From the NCBI GenBank assembly GCA_046537845.1, contig JBKHKA010000001.1:84317-148316 (forward strand): a DNA stretch of 64,000 bases. The letters are read 5' to 3'. Within the stretch, counting starts at the first letter, position 1. The number at the start of each line of letters is the position of its first letter. The stretch is from Candidatus Aenigmatarchaeota archaeon. Its GTDB lineage: Archaea > Thermoplasmatota > Thermoplasmata > Halarchaeoplasmatales > Halarchaeoplasmataceae. Positions 27,915 to 37,631 of the stretch are shown here, piece after piece. Position numbers and translations under genes: made by a program. The notes beneath the pieces are model-generated. The model had not been told where the DNA came from and ran no database searches. It was given only the letters and a program-made list of their open reading frames with translations.

Positions 27915-28924
27915 GAAGTCATGAAAAAAATTATAAAGCCGATATACTTTTAACCCCCATGGAAAAAGTGGTTGAAGAACCAACGATAATCGCTGATGAC
28001 CTTCTGGTCAAATACGGTAAGACCGTTGCTTTAGATTCTTTCAACGTCGAGATACCGAAAGGCATATCGGGCCTATTGGGTCCCAACGGTGCTGGAAAAT
28101 CCACTTTTATCAAATCCATACTCGGCCTGATCGAACCCGCGAGTGGAAGTGTGAATATAGAGAGTTTGAAAGAAGACCAAAATCTCATAAAGAGGAGAGA
28201 ATCCATCGGCTATATGCCGGAACATCAGTGTCTGATAGAAGATATGAAGGGTTTCGAGTTGGTCTCTTATTTCGGCCGTTTGTCCGGACTGCCCCGAGAG
28301 GATGCCGTGGAAAGAAGTCACGCCTCCCTAGATTTTGTAGGACTGGGTGAAGAGAGATACAGAAAGATCTCGTCCTATTCCACCGGCATGAGGCAGAGGG
28401 TAAAACTCGCCCAGGCCATAGCTCACGATCCAGATATACTGCTGTTGGACGAACCCACTACGGGCATGGACCCGGACGGGAAAGAGGAGATGCTGGAGCT
28501 GATAGAAAAGCTCGGCGGCTCAGAAAAAACCGTCTTGATATCATCACACATACTTCACGAAGTGGAACAGGTGAGCGATCACGTGATTATAATCAGGGAT
28601 GGAAAGAACATAGAGAGCGGTTACGTGGATCAGATGATGAAAGCCGAGGACAACAGATACAAGCTGAAGGTCAGGGGCTCGGAAAAGGCGTTGGAGGTCT
28701 TTATCAATGATCTGAGAGGAAACTGGGAGGTCATATCGACCACGGATGAGAAGGACCAACTCGTCGTGGTGATCTCCGGGCTGACCGACACGGATAAGAT
28801 TTTTGAATTAGTCGAAAAAGGCGAGCTTCAGTTGAGGTACATCAGGCCAGATATCATGACACTGGAAGATTTCTTCCTGCGTTCCTTCTCAGGAGGTGAG
28901 CAGGTTGGGTCTGAATCCGATTGA
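27911..28924 (+). CDS. ABC transporter ATP-binding protein (ABC-2 type system, subunit 1)
   Basis: 337 aa. Walker A GPNGAGKST, signature YSTGMRQR, Walker B LLLDEPTTGMD, H-loop SSHIL. Confidence 0.9.
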   Translation: MRSHEKNYKADILLTPMEKVVEEPTIIADDLLVKYGKTVALDSFNVEIPKGISGLLGPNGAGKSTFIKSILGLIEPASGSVNIESLKEDQNLIKRRESIGYMPEHQCLIEDMKGFELVSYFGRLSGLPREDAVERSHASLDFVGLGEERYRKISSYSTGMRQRVKLAQAIAHDPDILLLDEPTTGMDPDGKEEMLELIEKLGGSEKTVLISSHILHEVEQVSDHVIIIRDGKNIESGYVDQMMKAEDNRYKLKVRGSEKALEVFINDLRGNWEVISTTDEKDQLVVVISGLTDTDKIFELVEKGELQLRYIRPDIMTLEDFFLRSFSGGEQVGSESD

Positions 28925-29726
28925 ATATGCTCCTTGGAAGGAAAGAAGGACCGTTCTTGGAAAACGCTTCCTTATCATGGTCGAAAAGATATTCAAACAG
29001 AAGTTGAGATCTAAAGCTATATGGGCCATACTCATAATAGGGTCTATACTGGTCCACGTCTTTCCTATATTGACAGCAGCTTTGATACCAAAAAAAGAAT
29101 TGACCGCAGAGCTCATCTTGAATTACTTGAAGGGTGACATATTTTTCTTGTTCACACTGCTGCTAGCGGCAGTGGTCTGTTCAAATCTCATATCGCAGGA
29201 CATAAAAGACAGATCTCTAGTGCTGTATTTCTCGAGACCCTTGAAGAGCGATGGGTATATTCTGGGAAAACTTGGAGGAGCCTTCAGTATGATAGCCGTC
29301 TACTGTTTGCTGCCTCCACTTATAGTCTGTACATCGATCATAGCCACCCAGACCGGTGATGCCTACCTAGAAAGTCTGAAAGTTCTGAGCAGGACAGTCG
29401 TTGCCGGATGCCTCATCTCGTCCTTCCTTCTCCCCTACGCTCTTTTACTATCATCTCTCACCAAAAGAAGAGCATACGCCGGTATAGGAACCTTCATGAG
29501 CATCTACGCTCTCAACATATCAAGCCTATTCCTGGTGAGATTCGACCACAACTGGAGACTTTTGAACCCGACCAACCTTCTCAATTTTACATTGGAAATC
29601 ATATACGGGTTCGGTCTTCCCGACAAGATCGATGCCGGTCTGTACGGTGTTTCATTCGTTCTTTTCATCTCGATACCTCTAGCTCTCTTGTTTTACCGTA
29701 TACATTCAAAGGAGGTGGGTAGATGA
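28896..29726 (+). CDS. ABC-2 type transporter permease (subunit 1)
   Basis: 276 aa with ~6 TM helices, following its ATPase. The ORF-track GTG 28896 abuts the AGGAG. TTG 28905 (GGAGGTG 6 nt upstream) is an alternative start. Confidence 0.65.
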   Translation: MSRLGLNPIEYAPWKERRTVLGKRFLIMVEKIFKQKLRSKAIWAILIIGSILVHVFPILTAALIPKKELTAELILNYLKGDIFFLFTLLLAAVVCSNLISQDIKDRSLVLYFSRPLKSDGYILGKLGGAFSMIAVYCLLPPLIVCTSIIATQTGDAYLESLKVLSRTVVAGCLISSFLLPYALLLSSLTKRRAYAGIGTFMSIYALNISSLFLVRFDHNWRLLNPTNLLNFTLEIIYGFGLPDKIDAGLYGVSFVLFISIPLALLFYRIHSKEVGR

Positions 29727-30658
29727 GCAAAGCCGTACTCTCCGCCGTGAATCTCTCAAAATGGTACGGCGAGGTCATCGGTCTGAATTCATTGAATATA
29801 AACCTAACTAAAGGGGTCACGGGCGTGGTAGGGCCGAACGGGGCCGGGAAGAGCACCTTGTTCAAACTAGCTACTGGGATGATAAAGCCGAACAAGGGAA
29901 AGATAGCCGTACTGGGTGAGGACCCCTGGAAGAACCACGGACTGATGAAAAATATCGGTTTCTGTCCGGACTACGACAACTTACCTGACTACTCGACGGG
30001 AAAAAGATTCCTGCATTATGTCGGCTCCTTACACGGATTCAAGGGCGAAGACCTGAAGCGGAAGGTCGAAGAAACCGCATCTGCGGTCGACGCGCAAGAT
30101 TTTTTAGAAAAAGATATAGACAACTACAGTCAGGGCATGAGACAGCGTTTGAAACTCGCATCTGCTTTGATCCATGATCCCGATCTGCTGTTCCTGGACG
30201 AGCCCTTGAGCGGAGCCGATCCCCAGGCCAGGAAAGAGATAATCGATTTGATCAAAGACCTTCACAAGAAAAAAGATCACGACGTATTGGTAAGTTCTCA
30301 CGTCTTGAGCGAGATAGAGCGGATGACCAGCGATATAGCCCTGCTCTACAAGGGTAGAACTATAGCGTCTGGAGACATATCCGAGGTGAGAGATCTTATC
30401 GACCAACACCCTCACAACATAGTCATCGATGGGAGGAACAAAAAAGGATTGGCTAAAGCATTACTTGACCTCGACTACGTTGTTTCCGTGGGCTTTGAAG
30501 ATAACCGCAGAAAGATGGTAGTAGAAGTTGAAAAACCTGACGACTTTTTTCAGGATATAGCTTCCCTAGTGAACGAGACTGAAACGGAGGTTCTCGAGAT
30601 GTACAGCAGAGATGATAACCTTCAGGCGGTCTTCGATTACTTGATAGGAGGGAGATGA
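29723..30658 (+). CDS. ABC transporter ATP-binding protein (ABC-2 type system, subunit 2)
   Basis: 311 aa. Walker A GPNGAGKST, signature YSQGMRQR, Walker B LFLDEPLSGAD, H-loop SSHVL. 4-nt overlaps on both sides. Confidence 0.9.
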   Translation: MSKAVLSAVNLSKWYGEVIGLNSLNINLTKGVTGVVGPNGAGKSTLFKLATGMIKPNKGKIAVLGEDPWKNHGLMKNIGFCPDYDNLPDYSTGKRFLHYVGSLHGFKGEDLKRKVEETASAVDAQDFLEKDIDNYSQGMRQRLKLASALIHDPDLLFLDEPLSGADPQARKEIIDLIKDLHKKKDHDVLVSSHVLSEIERMTSDIALLYKGRTIASGDISEVRDLIDQHPHNIVIDGRNKKGLAKALLDLDYVVSVGFEDNRRKMVVEVEKPDDFFQDIASLVNETETEVLEMYSRDDNLQAVFDYLIGGR

Positions 30659-31422
30659 TGATGAAAAACCACATTGACGACCTGTTCACGCTGTATTCTC
30701 TAATGACCACCACGGTCAAAAAAGCCATCCTGAACAGAAGGTTCTTGATGGTGATACTGGTGATGCTTTTTATATCGGGCTTGATGGGATATACCGCTAC
30801 TCAAGAACCAAAAGGATTGGATGAGGGAAGCGATCTTTTGGATATATTCGTCATCTCTTTTTTCTTGCCTCTGATGGCCATGGTCTTCGGGTCCTCGCTT
30901 CTGAAGGATGAGATAGAAGATAAAAGCATCACCCACGTTTTGATCGCTCCTCTGAGCAGAGCGAAGATGTACCTAGGATACTACGCTTCTCTAGTCATCG
31001 TCTCTACTTTCGCGGTATTGTTGATCCTCTCTTCCGGGTTCTTCAGCTATTTCAGCATAGCCGGTTTGGACTCCTCCGCTCTTGAACTCTACCTGAAGAT
31101 GACCGGTCTTGTGATGTTGGGTACGATAGTTTACTCCTCGCTGTTCCTGCTGGTTAGTGTACTGATAGACAAAGCACTGTACTTCGGTCTGTTTTACGTC
31201 TTCATATGGGAGGGCTTCGTGGGCTCACTCCCTGGGAATATAAAATTGGTCTCTATCAGACACTACCTCAGAAGTTTAGGGGAGAAATATCTAGAGCACG
31301 GTTCCATAGCGAGTTATGGAGCCGCTTCATCATCAGGCAGGTCCGTTCTTGTCTTAGGGATACTGATATTTTTGCTGATGGTGATAGGGATTCTGCTCTT
31401 TAGAGAAAAAGAATTCCCGTGA
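30655..31422 (+). CDS. ABC-2 type transporter permease (subunit 2)
   Basis: 255 aa with ~6 TM helices. 4-nt overlap with the preceding ATPase gene. Confidence 0.65.
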   Translation: MMMKNHIDDLFTLYSLMTTTVKKAILNRRFLMVILVMLFISGLMGYTATQEPKGLDEGSDLLDIFVISFFLPLMAMVFGSSLLKDEIEDKSITHVLIAPLSRAKMYLGYYASLVIVSTFAVLLILSSGFFSYFSIAGLDSSALELYLKMTGLVMLGTIVYSSLFLLVSVLIDKALYFGLFYVFIWEGFVGSLPGNIKLVSIRHYLRSLGEKYLEHGSIASYGAASSSGRSVLVLGILIFLLMVIGILLFREKEFP

Positions 31423-31436
31423 GTGATGAAAAAATG

Positions 31437-31958
31437 TCAGTCCTCCTCTACCAGTTCATCCGCAGTTATCAACGGTACGAGTTGAACTCCGATATCTTCC
31501 AATTTTTTTTCTGCGCCCTCTTTTCTATCCACCACTACTAAAACTTTGTTCACTTCGGCTCCCGCTTCTCTCAACACTTCTACGGTTTCAACTGAAGAGC
31601 CGCCCGTTGTGGTGACATCCTCCACAACGGTCACCTTTTCACCGTCTTCAAGCTTGCCCTCGATCCTGCCTCCAGTTCCGTGGCCTTTACTCTTTTTTCT
31701 CACCATGATGTAAGGCAGACCCTTCTCTAAAGAAAGCGCTGCTGCAAGAGGGACAGCCCCTAATTCCATGCCGGCGATCTTTTTGCCTTCGACCTCCGGT
31801 GCCATCTCTTTTGCTATCCTCTTCAATATCTCGGGGTCAGTGCTGGCCAACTTTATATCTACGTAGTAACTGCTCTTCTTCCCTGAGGTGAGTGTGAAAT
31901 CTCCATACTTTATCGCTCCGCAGTCCTCCAACATCTTTTTCAACATCTTTTTCACCAA
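31437..31958 (-). CDS. pyrE: Orotate phosphoribosyltransferase
   Basis: 173 aa. ..GAIKYGDFTLTSGKKSSYYVDIK.. and the PRPP-binding loop VTVVEDVTTTGGS. Confidence 0.85.
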   Translation of the reverse strand: MVKKMLKKMLEDCGAIKYGDFTLTSGKKSSYYVDIKLASTDPEILKRIAKEMAPEVEGKKIAGMELGAVPLAAALSLEKGLPYIMVRKKSKGHGTGGRIEGKLEDGEKVTVVEDVTTTGGSSVETVEVLREAGAEVNKVLVVVDRKEGAEKKLEDIGVQLVPLITADELVEED

Positions 31959-32503
31959 GGTTCTTTTTTCAATCCAAGTTTGTAACCGATTATATTAACC
32001 CCACGGTGTAAAAGAGGTAGGAGTAATAATACGATGATCGTGCCTACAACGCCGGGATAATCCACGTAGGTAGAAACGAACCAGCTGTGGCTGGTGATAA
32101 AAGTCAAGAGGAAGGCTCCTATGACAAAATCGTACCGGTCTATCATCGGTGCTTTGCTCCCTCTAGGCTTGCCCATCCTTCTTTTCACGAAACTCCCGCC
32201 TATATCACCTAAAAGCGATCCAAAAGCCAGCGAAAAGATCGGTACTAATCCTTGAAGTAACGATGGATAGAGGTCAAAAAACGGTCTGCAGAGAAAGTAA
32301 AGTATGATCCCCACGACAGCGGCGGAAAGACCTCCTCCAAAAAGACCTCTCCATGTCTTTCCGTCCCCCAATATCCTTTTGCCTCCAAATTTTATCCCAC
32401 CGTCTATGGGAGGGCCTCCTCCAAATACAACCGCTAGAGAATTAGCGATCATCGCAGGGATGAAAGAAAGTATCGCTATCAATATAGGTTCGAACTCCGT
32501 CAT
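31952..32503 (-). CDS. carS: CDP-archaeol synthase (CarS, DUF46 family)
   Basis: 183 aa, 5 TM helices. ..IPAMIANSLAVVFGGGPPIDGG..FGGKRILGDGKTWRGLFGG.. matches the CarS/DUF46 pattern. Overlaps pyrE by 7 nt. Confidence 0.75.
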   Translation of the reverse strand: MTEFEPILIAILSFIPAMIANSLAVVFGGGPPIDGGIKFGGKRILGDGKTWRGLFGGGLSAAVVGIILYFLCRPFFDLYPSLLQGLVPIFSLAFGSLLGDIGGSFVKRRMGKPRGSKAPMIDRYDFVIGAFLLTFITSHSWFVSTYVDYPGVVGTIIVLLLLPLLHRGVNIIGYKLGLKKEPW

Positions 32504-32522
32504 GCCGATACCTCGCTCAATC

Positions 32523-33281
32523 TCATCCGATATCCATTACCACTTTTATCCTTTCCTTCAATCTTTCTGTACCGGCTTCCCATAATTTTTCCCCCTTCTC
32601 TCTGCTCGCCTTTGTCGGGTCCCCCAAAACTCCTGTAGAAGTCAGATCGTGGGTGTTCCAGGTGAAAGAAAAATCGGGTTCATGGTCGAATTCGAGTTTT
32701 GGATCTGGAAATTCCATCTCCTTTTCCGGTATAGTCCTTTCATCCACCAGTTCTTCCCTAACAGCGAGCACCAAGGACGTTTCGAATTCTCCAGCATGCT
32801 CGTCGTTTTCACTCTCGACCAGTTCCCCTTTCTCGGGGTCCATCAAGTCGAAAGAGTCCATAAAAACGTCCATACCCGTTTCCTTTTTCAATCTTCGGGC
32901 GGCGGTCTTCACCGCTGCTTCATTACCGCCGTGTCCGGTGAGGATGAAAAATTTTCTAAAACCGTGCCTTATCACCGAGCGGCCGACATCAACTATGAGA
33001 TCTTCGAGCGTTTTGGAGGCTACGGTGACGGTCCCAGGAAAACCCATATGGTGATCGCTGACACCGTAAGGTATCGTGGGCAGTATCACCGGTTTTGGGG
33101 TCTCAAGCCGCCTTACCGCCTCCTCGACGAGATGTTCAGCGTCGTAGCTGTCCGTATCTAAAGGGAGATGTGGACCGTGCTGTTCCAGACTGCCTATGGG
33201 GAGTATGGTCGTATCCACCACCTCTGCTCTCTGTTCCAATTCCCAGCGGTTCATCTCGCCCCATCTTATCTTCTCTACCAT
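32523..33281 (-). CDS. Creatininase-family amidohydrolase (ArfB-like)
   Basis: 252 aa. ..TILPIGSLEQHGPHLPLDTDS.. and ..LTGHGGN.., ..HAGEFETS.. are creatininase-family metal-binding motifs. Confidence 0.8.
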   Translation of the reverse strand: MVEKIRWGEMNRWELEQRAEVVDTTILPIGSLEQHGPHLPLDTDSYDAEHLVEEAVRRLETPKPVILPTIPYGVSDHHMGFPGTVTVASKTLEDLIVDVGRSVIRHGFRKFFILTGHGGNEAAVKTAARRLKKETGMDVFMDSFDLMDPEKGELVESENDEHAGEFETSLVLAVREELVDERTIPEKEMEFPDPKLEFDHEPDFSFTWNTHDLTSTGVLGDPTKASREKGEKLWEAGTERLKERIKVVMDIG

Positions 33282-33394
33282 GGAGCTGTATCTACTTCAT
33301 ACTTTTACTTTTTTCGCAAATTTCTTCTGCTGTTATCGTGGGACAAAAAAGAAAACACTTATTAACCAAATCATCACTGAAATTGTCGATAAAC

Positions 33395-34840
33395 ATGGAA
33401 CTAGAGAAAGGTCTCAGTTTTGACGATATACTCCTCGCTCCTAAGAGAACCGGACTGGAAAGGGATGAAGTGGACACATCCGCTGATTTGACCAACAATA
33501 TAGAGATGAACATCCCTGTCTTGAGTTCACCCATGGATAAGGTCACCGACGGCGGGATGGCCATAGCGATGGCTAGGGAAGGAGGATTGGGCATCATCCA
33601 CCGAAATCTCAATATAGAAAACCAGGTAGAGATGGTCAAAAAGGTGAAAAGGTCTGAAAATTGGATCATCCGTGAACCGTATGTGGTCACTCCCGAGTGG
33701 AAAGCTAGAAAGGCTAAAGAGCTTATGGACGAAAAAGACATCTCCGGACTCCCCGTGGTTAAAGACGAGAAATTGATAGGGATCGTAACGAAGAGAGACC
33801 TCCGCTTCGAGACCGAGTTGGACAAAAACGTGGAGGAAGTGATGACACATGACCTCATAACTGCCGGTCCCGATACAGGCATGGAAGAAGCGAAATCCAT
33901 ACTGAACAAAAACAAGATCGAAAAACTACCTCTGGTGAACGAAGAAGGTGGGTTGGAAGGGTTGATCACTGTCAGGGACATCGAGAAGAAAAAGCAGCAC
34001 CCTGAAGCCACTCTAGATGATAACGGCCAGCTCATGGTTGGCTCCGCCGTGGGTCCAGACGAATTCGACAGGGCCGAGGCTCTGGTCGATGCAGGGGTGA
34101 ACCTCATCGTCGTCGACACTGCTCACGGTAATTCTGATATCGTCATAGACGCCACAGAAGACATCGTGGAAAGTTTCGATATAGACGTTATGGCCGGCAA
34201 CATAGCAACCACCGAGGGAGCTGAAGCACTGATAGATGCAGGTGTGGACTCCCTCCGTGTGGGCATTGGGCCAGGCTCTATTTGTACTACCAGGATAGTC
34301 TCCGGTATCGGAGTGCCTCAGATAACCGCCATAAGGGAAGTCTATCGAGCGGCTGAAGACAAAAACGTATCGGTCGTAGCCGACGGTGGGATAAGGTATA
34401 GTGGTGACGCCGCTAAAGCGCTTGCTTGTGGGGCCGACTGCGTGATGCTCGGGAACATGTTGGCCGGTACAGAAGAAGCTCCCGGTAGAGTCGTATTCCG
34501 GGGAGGAAGAAAATACAAGGAATACAGGGGCATGGCGTCCATCTCCGCTTTGGAAAAAAGAGAGAAAAATAGGTACGGTCAGGATTTTGAGAAGAGAGAA
34601 GAATACGTTCCCGAAGGTGTGGAAGGACTGGTTCCTTACAAAGGCACCGTCTCGGAGGTACTCCACCAGCTAGTCGGTGGTATACGATCGAGCATGGGTC
34701 ATCTAGGAGCGAAGACCATCGAAGAGATGCGGGAAGCTGATATCTACGAGATCACCGAGGGTGGAAAACTAGAGAGCTACCACCACAACGTGGAGATAAC
34801 GGAAGACACGCCTAACTATCACTGGAGAGGTAGAAGGTAA
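33395..34840 (+). CDS. guaB: Inosine-5'-monophosphate dehydrogenase
   Basis: Real start is ATG 33395 ([18 protein letters not shown]..). CBS pair, catalytic loop [11 protein letters not shown], ..GGIRYSGD... The ORF-track start 33095 adds 100 non-homologous codons that overlap the divergent creatininase gene. Confidence 0.95.
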   Translation: MELEKGLSFDDILLAPKRTGLERDEVDTSADLTNNIEMNIPVLSSPMDKVTDGGMAIAMAREGGLGIIHRNLNIENQVEMVKKVKRSENWIIREPYVVTPEWKARKAKELMDEKDISGLPVVKDEKLIGIVTKRDLRFETELDKNVEEVMTHDLITAGPDTGMEEAKSILNKNKIEKLPLVNEEGGLEGLITVRDIEKKKQHPEATLDDNGQLMVGSAVGPDEFDRAEALVDAGVNLIVVDTAHGNSDIVIDATEDIVESFDIDVMAGNIATTEGAEALIDAGVDSLRVGIGPGSICTTRIVSGIGVPQITAIREVYRAAEDKNVSVVADGGIRYSGDAAKALACGADCVMLGNMLAGTEEAPGRVVFRGGRKYKEYRGMASISALEKREKNRYGQDFEKREEYVPEGVEGLVPYKGTVSEVLHQLVGGIRSSMGHLGAKTIEEMREADIYEITEGGKLESYHHNVEITEDTPNYHWRGRR

Positions 34841-34861
34841 AAAATCCTTGTTAGGTTAAGC

Positions 34862-35707
34862 TCAAATCATACTTGACAACTTCATCCCTGCAGCGATACC
34901 CATGCCCCAACACAGGGAAGTCTGCCTGTAGGTACCCAACACGTTGCTACCTATCATGAAGAGGTCATCGATATTCGTCTCTCCCGTAGGAAAGTTCACT
35001 TCCTCGGGGTCAAGGTAAAAATCGGAGTCGGGAAATCTCGGCTCCCGTCCTATCGCGGTTATTACCGTATCCGCACTTACTTCCTTTTCGTCGTATCGAA
35101 CAACAAAACCATCTTCTTTTTTGTGTATATCTTCCGGTTCGCCCATCTTTTCTTCGATGCCTTTCTCTCTGGCTTCTTTTACAAGGACCGGTAAAGCCTT
35201 CGGTCCGCTCCGTCTCAGTATCACAACATCTCCACCCAACCTGTTGATCCTGAGAGCATAATCATACGCAGCATCTCCACCACCCACGATCACAACTTTT
35301 TTCCCCGAGTGATCCCGCCACTCGGGATGATACACTTCTCCTTGGAACCCCAAAGATCTAGGTGCGGTACCAGTGGCTAAAACGAGATACTCCGTTACTT
35401 CAGAGCCTTTATCAGTTTCCAATCTAAATCCGTCCTCGATCTTTTCTATCTTCTTTACCTCTCTATGTTCTACATCTATGTCATACTTTGAGACTATCCC
35501 CTTCAACTCTTCCGCTAACCGCCTCCCATCTTTTCCAACAAAGCCCGGAAAGTTCTCTATTCTGTTAGCCTGGCATATCAGGCCGCCTATCCTCTCTTTT
35601 TCCAAGACTAAAACATCCTTTATACCTTCACGGATGCACTGCTGAGCTGCGGCGATACCCGCTGGGCCCGCACCGATCATAGTAACCTTTCTTTTATTTC
35701 CCGACAT
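34862..35707 (-). CDS. FAD-dependent pyridine nucleotide-disulfide oxidoreductase, thioredoxin-reductase-like but without the CxxC redox pair
   Basis: KVTMIGAGPAGIAAA (FAD GxGxxG) and a second dinucleotide motif VVIVGGGDAAYDYA. I could not find a CxxC redox pair of the thioredoxin-reductase type. Start taken as ATG 35707 (MSGNKRKVTMIGAG). 35734 and 35680 are alternatives. It overlaps the upstream gene. Confidence 0.7.
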   Translation of the reverse strand: MSGNKRKVTMIGAGPAGIAAAQQCIREGIKDVLVLEKERIGGLICQANRIENFPGFVGKDGRRLAEELKGIVSKYDIDVEHREVKKIEKIEDGFRLETDKGSEVTEYLVLATGTAPRSLGFQGEVYHPEWRDHSGKKVVIVGGGDAAYDYALRINRLGGDVVILRRSGPKALPVLVKEAREKGIEEKMGEPEDIHKKEDGFVVRYDEKEVSADTVITAIGREPRFPDSDFYLDPEEVNFPTGETNIDDLFMIGSNVLGTYRQTSLCWGMGIAAGMKLSSMI

Positions 35708-36318
35708 GTCGATATCTCCGCTACCCCGTGACATAATGATCTTAAACAGGACACATGCGTGGTTTCCGTGGCTGTAGCCGTTCCGTCGGCTAAAAATAGA
35801 ACTCTGAAATCTCTAACGAAGGCGTCTCTAGCCGTGGTGGCGCAGCACATGTCCGTCATGACACCTCCGATGACAACGTTCTTGACACCTTCCAATTTCT
35901 CTTCAAGGTCGGTTCTGTGAAACGAAGAATATCTAGGTTTCACTATCACATCTCCCTTCACCTCAAGACGAGAGTCTAACTCCGCAGCGGGTCCTTCCCG
36001 GATTATATCGCTCCACCATTCTCCCATGACCCCCTCATCGCCTTCTTCCTGTATGGTTTTGGTATAGATGATCATCCCGGCATCCCCATCGAAAAGATCT
36101 ATCAGGTCGTTGAGATTCTCTATTATGGCCTCTCCCGCGGGGAGATGTGCGTGCGATCCAGGAGACAAAAAATATTTCTGCATGTCTATAACCAAAAGAG
36201 CGGTCTCTTCCATCTTTATCTCTCCCGGCCATCTCTTCCTGAAAGGGAGTTCTTCGATCCATCCTTGCGCTTTCTTTTCTAGTCCTTTTCTATCAATCTC
36301 ATGGTAAGACATGTTCAC
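35677..36318 (-). CDS. Isochorismatase-family cysteine hydrolase
   Basis: 213 aa. ALLVIDMQKYF (catalytic Asp strand) and ..VIGGVMTDMCCATTARDA (catalytic Cys). Confidence 0.8.
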   Translation of the reverse strand: MNMSYHEIDRKGLEKKAQGWIEELPFRKRWPGEIKMEETALLVIDMQKYFLSPGSHAHLPAGEAIIENLNDLIDLFDGDAGMIIYTKTIQEEGDEGVMGEWWSDIIREGPAAELDSRLEVKGDVIVKPRYSSFHRTDLEEKLEGVKNVVIGGVMTDMCCATTARDAFVRDFRVLFLADGTATATETTHVSCLRSLCHGVAEISTCREIKERLL

Positions 36319-37223
36319 GCACCCTTTATGCCGTACTCCTCGAAGTGGGAGAGAAGTATCTGACCGCAGTTACTCTTGATCTCGTTTTCTTCAAGCTCTC
36401 CTATGCTAAGGTGCAATTCAAAAGGGCCTTCATCCAGTTCTTCGATAACTGGATATTCGTCAGTGTCCTCCTCGGTGAAAATGTTGATCAACTCGTTCTT
36501 TCTCGCATTGCACGTAGGGTTCAACGGAGTCACCTTGACCGCAAAAACTTCCGGATCGAAGATATCTTCTAACTTTTGAGGATCTATCTGATCGTTTTCA
36601 GATAGGGCGAAGTTCAAAGTCACTTTTCGTCCTCCTATGTAGAACTCTTCTCCGTAGTCCGCTATCTCATCCAAACTCCATTTTTTGTCGGGCATCAAGT
36701 GGTCTCTCTGTTCCTCGTCGGTGGAGTGTACGGAAAATTGGAGCTGAAATCTGCCCTCGTAAGTGTTGTGGTTCAATCTTTTCAACCTCTCGAACCAATC
36801 TTCGGTGCCGTCCGGGGCTATGGTAGAGATGCAGGGCATGTAATTTGGCGGAGAGTACTTCTCTCGTACTTCCTCAATGGTATCTATGACCGCTGGATTC
36901 AGAGCCGGGTCGCCTATCCTGGCGAACTGAAGCTTGAATTTCTCCGAGTTCAACGCCTCTTCAGAACCGTGATTCTCAATCAAATAATCTATCTGCTCCA
37001 TCATCTCTCCCCTACTGAGCGCCCCCTCATAAAACTGGTTCGCATCGCAGAACTTACAGTTCAAAGGACAGCCTGAAAGGCTGGACAGTATCAGGACCCA
37101 TTTGTCCTTCCTGCTCTCAGCGCTGCCCAGAGATTCCACGAACTCAACGTATCTACCTTTATCAAGATCCGCCAGATAAGCAGTAGCGATGTTCTCATCA
37201 CCTTTTTTCTCCAATATCTCCAT
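36315..37223 (-). CDS. Radical SAM protein, distantly RlmN/Cfr-like
   Basis: 302 aa. CPLNCKFC (Cx3Cx2C) cluster motif. ..FSVHSTDEEQRDHLMP.., ..VKVTPLNPT.. and C-terminal ..SNCGQI.. recall RlmN/Cfr blocks (from memory). It lacks the RlmN N-terminal domain and the Cys located 7 residues before the cluster. Confidence 0.7.
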   Translation of the reverse strand: MEILEKKGDENIATAYLADLDKGRYVEFVESLGSAESRKDKWVLILSSLSGCPLNCKFCDANQFYEGALSRGEMMEQIDYLIENHGSEEALNSEKFKLQFARIGDPALNPAVIDTIEEVREKYSPPNYMPCISTIAPDGTEDWFERLKRLNHNTYEGRFQLQFSVHSTDEEQRDHLMPDKKWSLDEIADYGEEFYIGGRKVTLNFALSENDQIDPQKLEDIFDPEVFAVKVTPLNPTCNARKNELINIFTEEDTDEYPVIEELDEGPFELHLSIGELEENEIKSNCGQILLSHFEEYGIKGA

Positions 37224-37380
37224 CTTCGCACCTCGTCAGCAGAGTTTTACCAGCATGTGGCAGTTAAGAATGCAACATCGGAGTATATCATAAGGATGTT
37301 ATTTAATTTTGCCTCGATAGGAGGCGTCTCCGTCGTCATGGAATAAATTTTATCACCCCTCGCTTCGTTTTGGATATGAG

Positions 37381-37617
37381 ATGAAAACACCTAGGGACGT
37401 TCTGAACGAATTGAAGTGGAGAGAAAAAGAGAACCTCGATGAAGCGAGGATCTATTACGTTCATCGGGGCGCCCCGGCCGACTTCAGAACCATGCAGGGC
37501 TCGGAGATCGAAGACCTCGGAAGATCATTCATAAAGTGCGTGGAAGGCCATATACCGTACCACAGGATTTTCAAGATAGAGTACGAGGGTGAAGTTATCT
37601 TTGAAAGGGAGCGATAG
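37381..37617 (+). CDS. DUF504 family small protein
   Basis: 78 aa. ..VLNELKWRE..IYYVHRGAP.....IPYHRIFKIEYEGEVIFER fits the DUF504/UPF0248 pattern. Confidence 0.6.
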   Translation: MKTPRDVLNELKWREKENLDEARIYYVHRGAPADFRTMQGSEIEDLGRSFIKCVEGHIPYHRIFKIEYEGEVIFERER

Positions 37618-37631
37618 ATAGGCTAATTTCT

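Noticed and set aside
33095-33394. 100-codon N-terminal extension of the guaB ORF
   Set aside because: It overlaps the divergent creatininase-family gene, has a Pro/Ser/Leu-rich non-homologous sequence, and the canonical IMPDH N-terminus ([14 protein letters not shown]) begins at 33395.
33292-34666. Minus-strand ORFs of 275 and 217 aa
   Set aside because: They are antisense shadows of guaB. They are Ser-rich and low in complexity, and have no start context.
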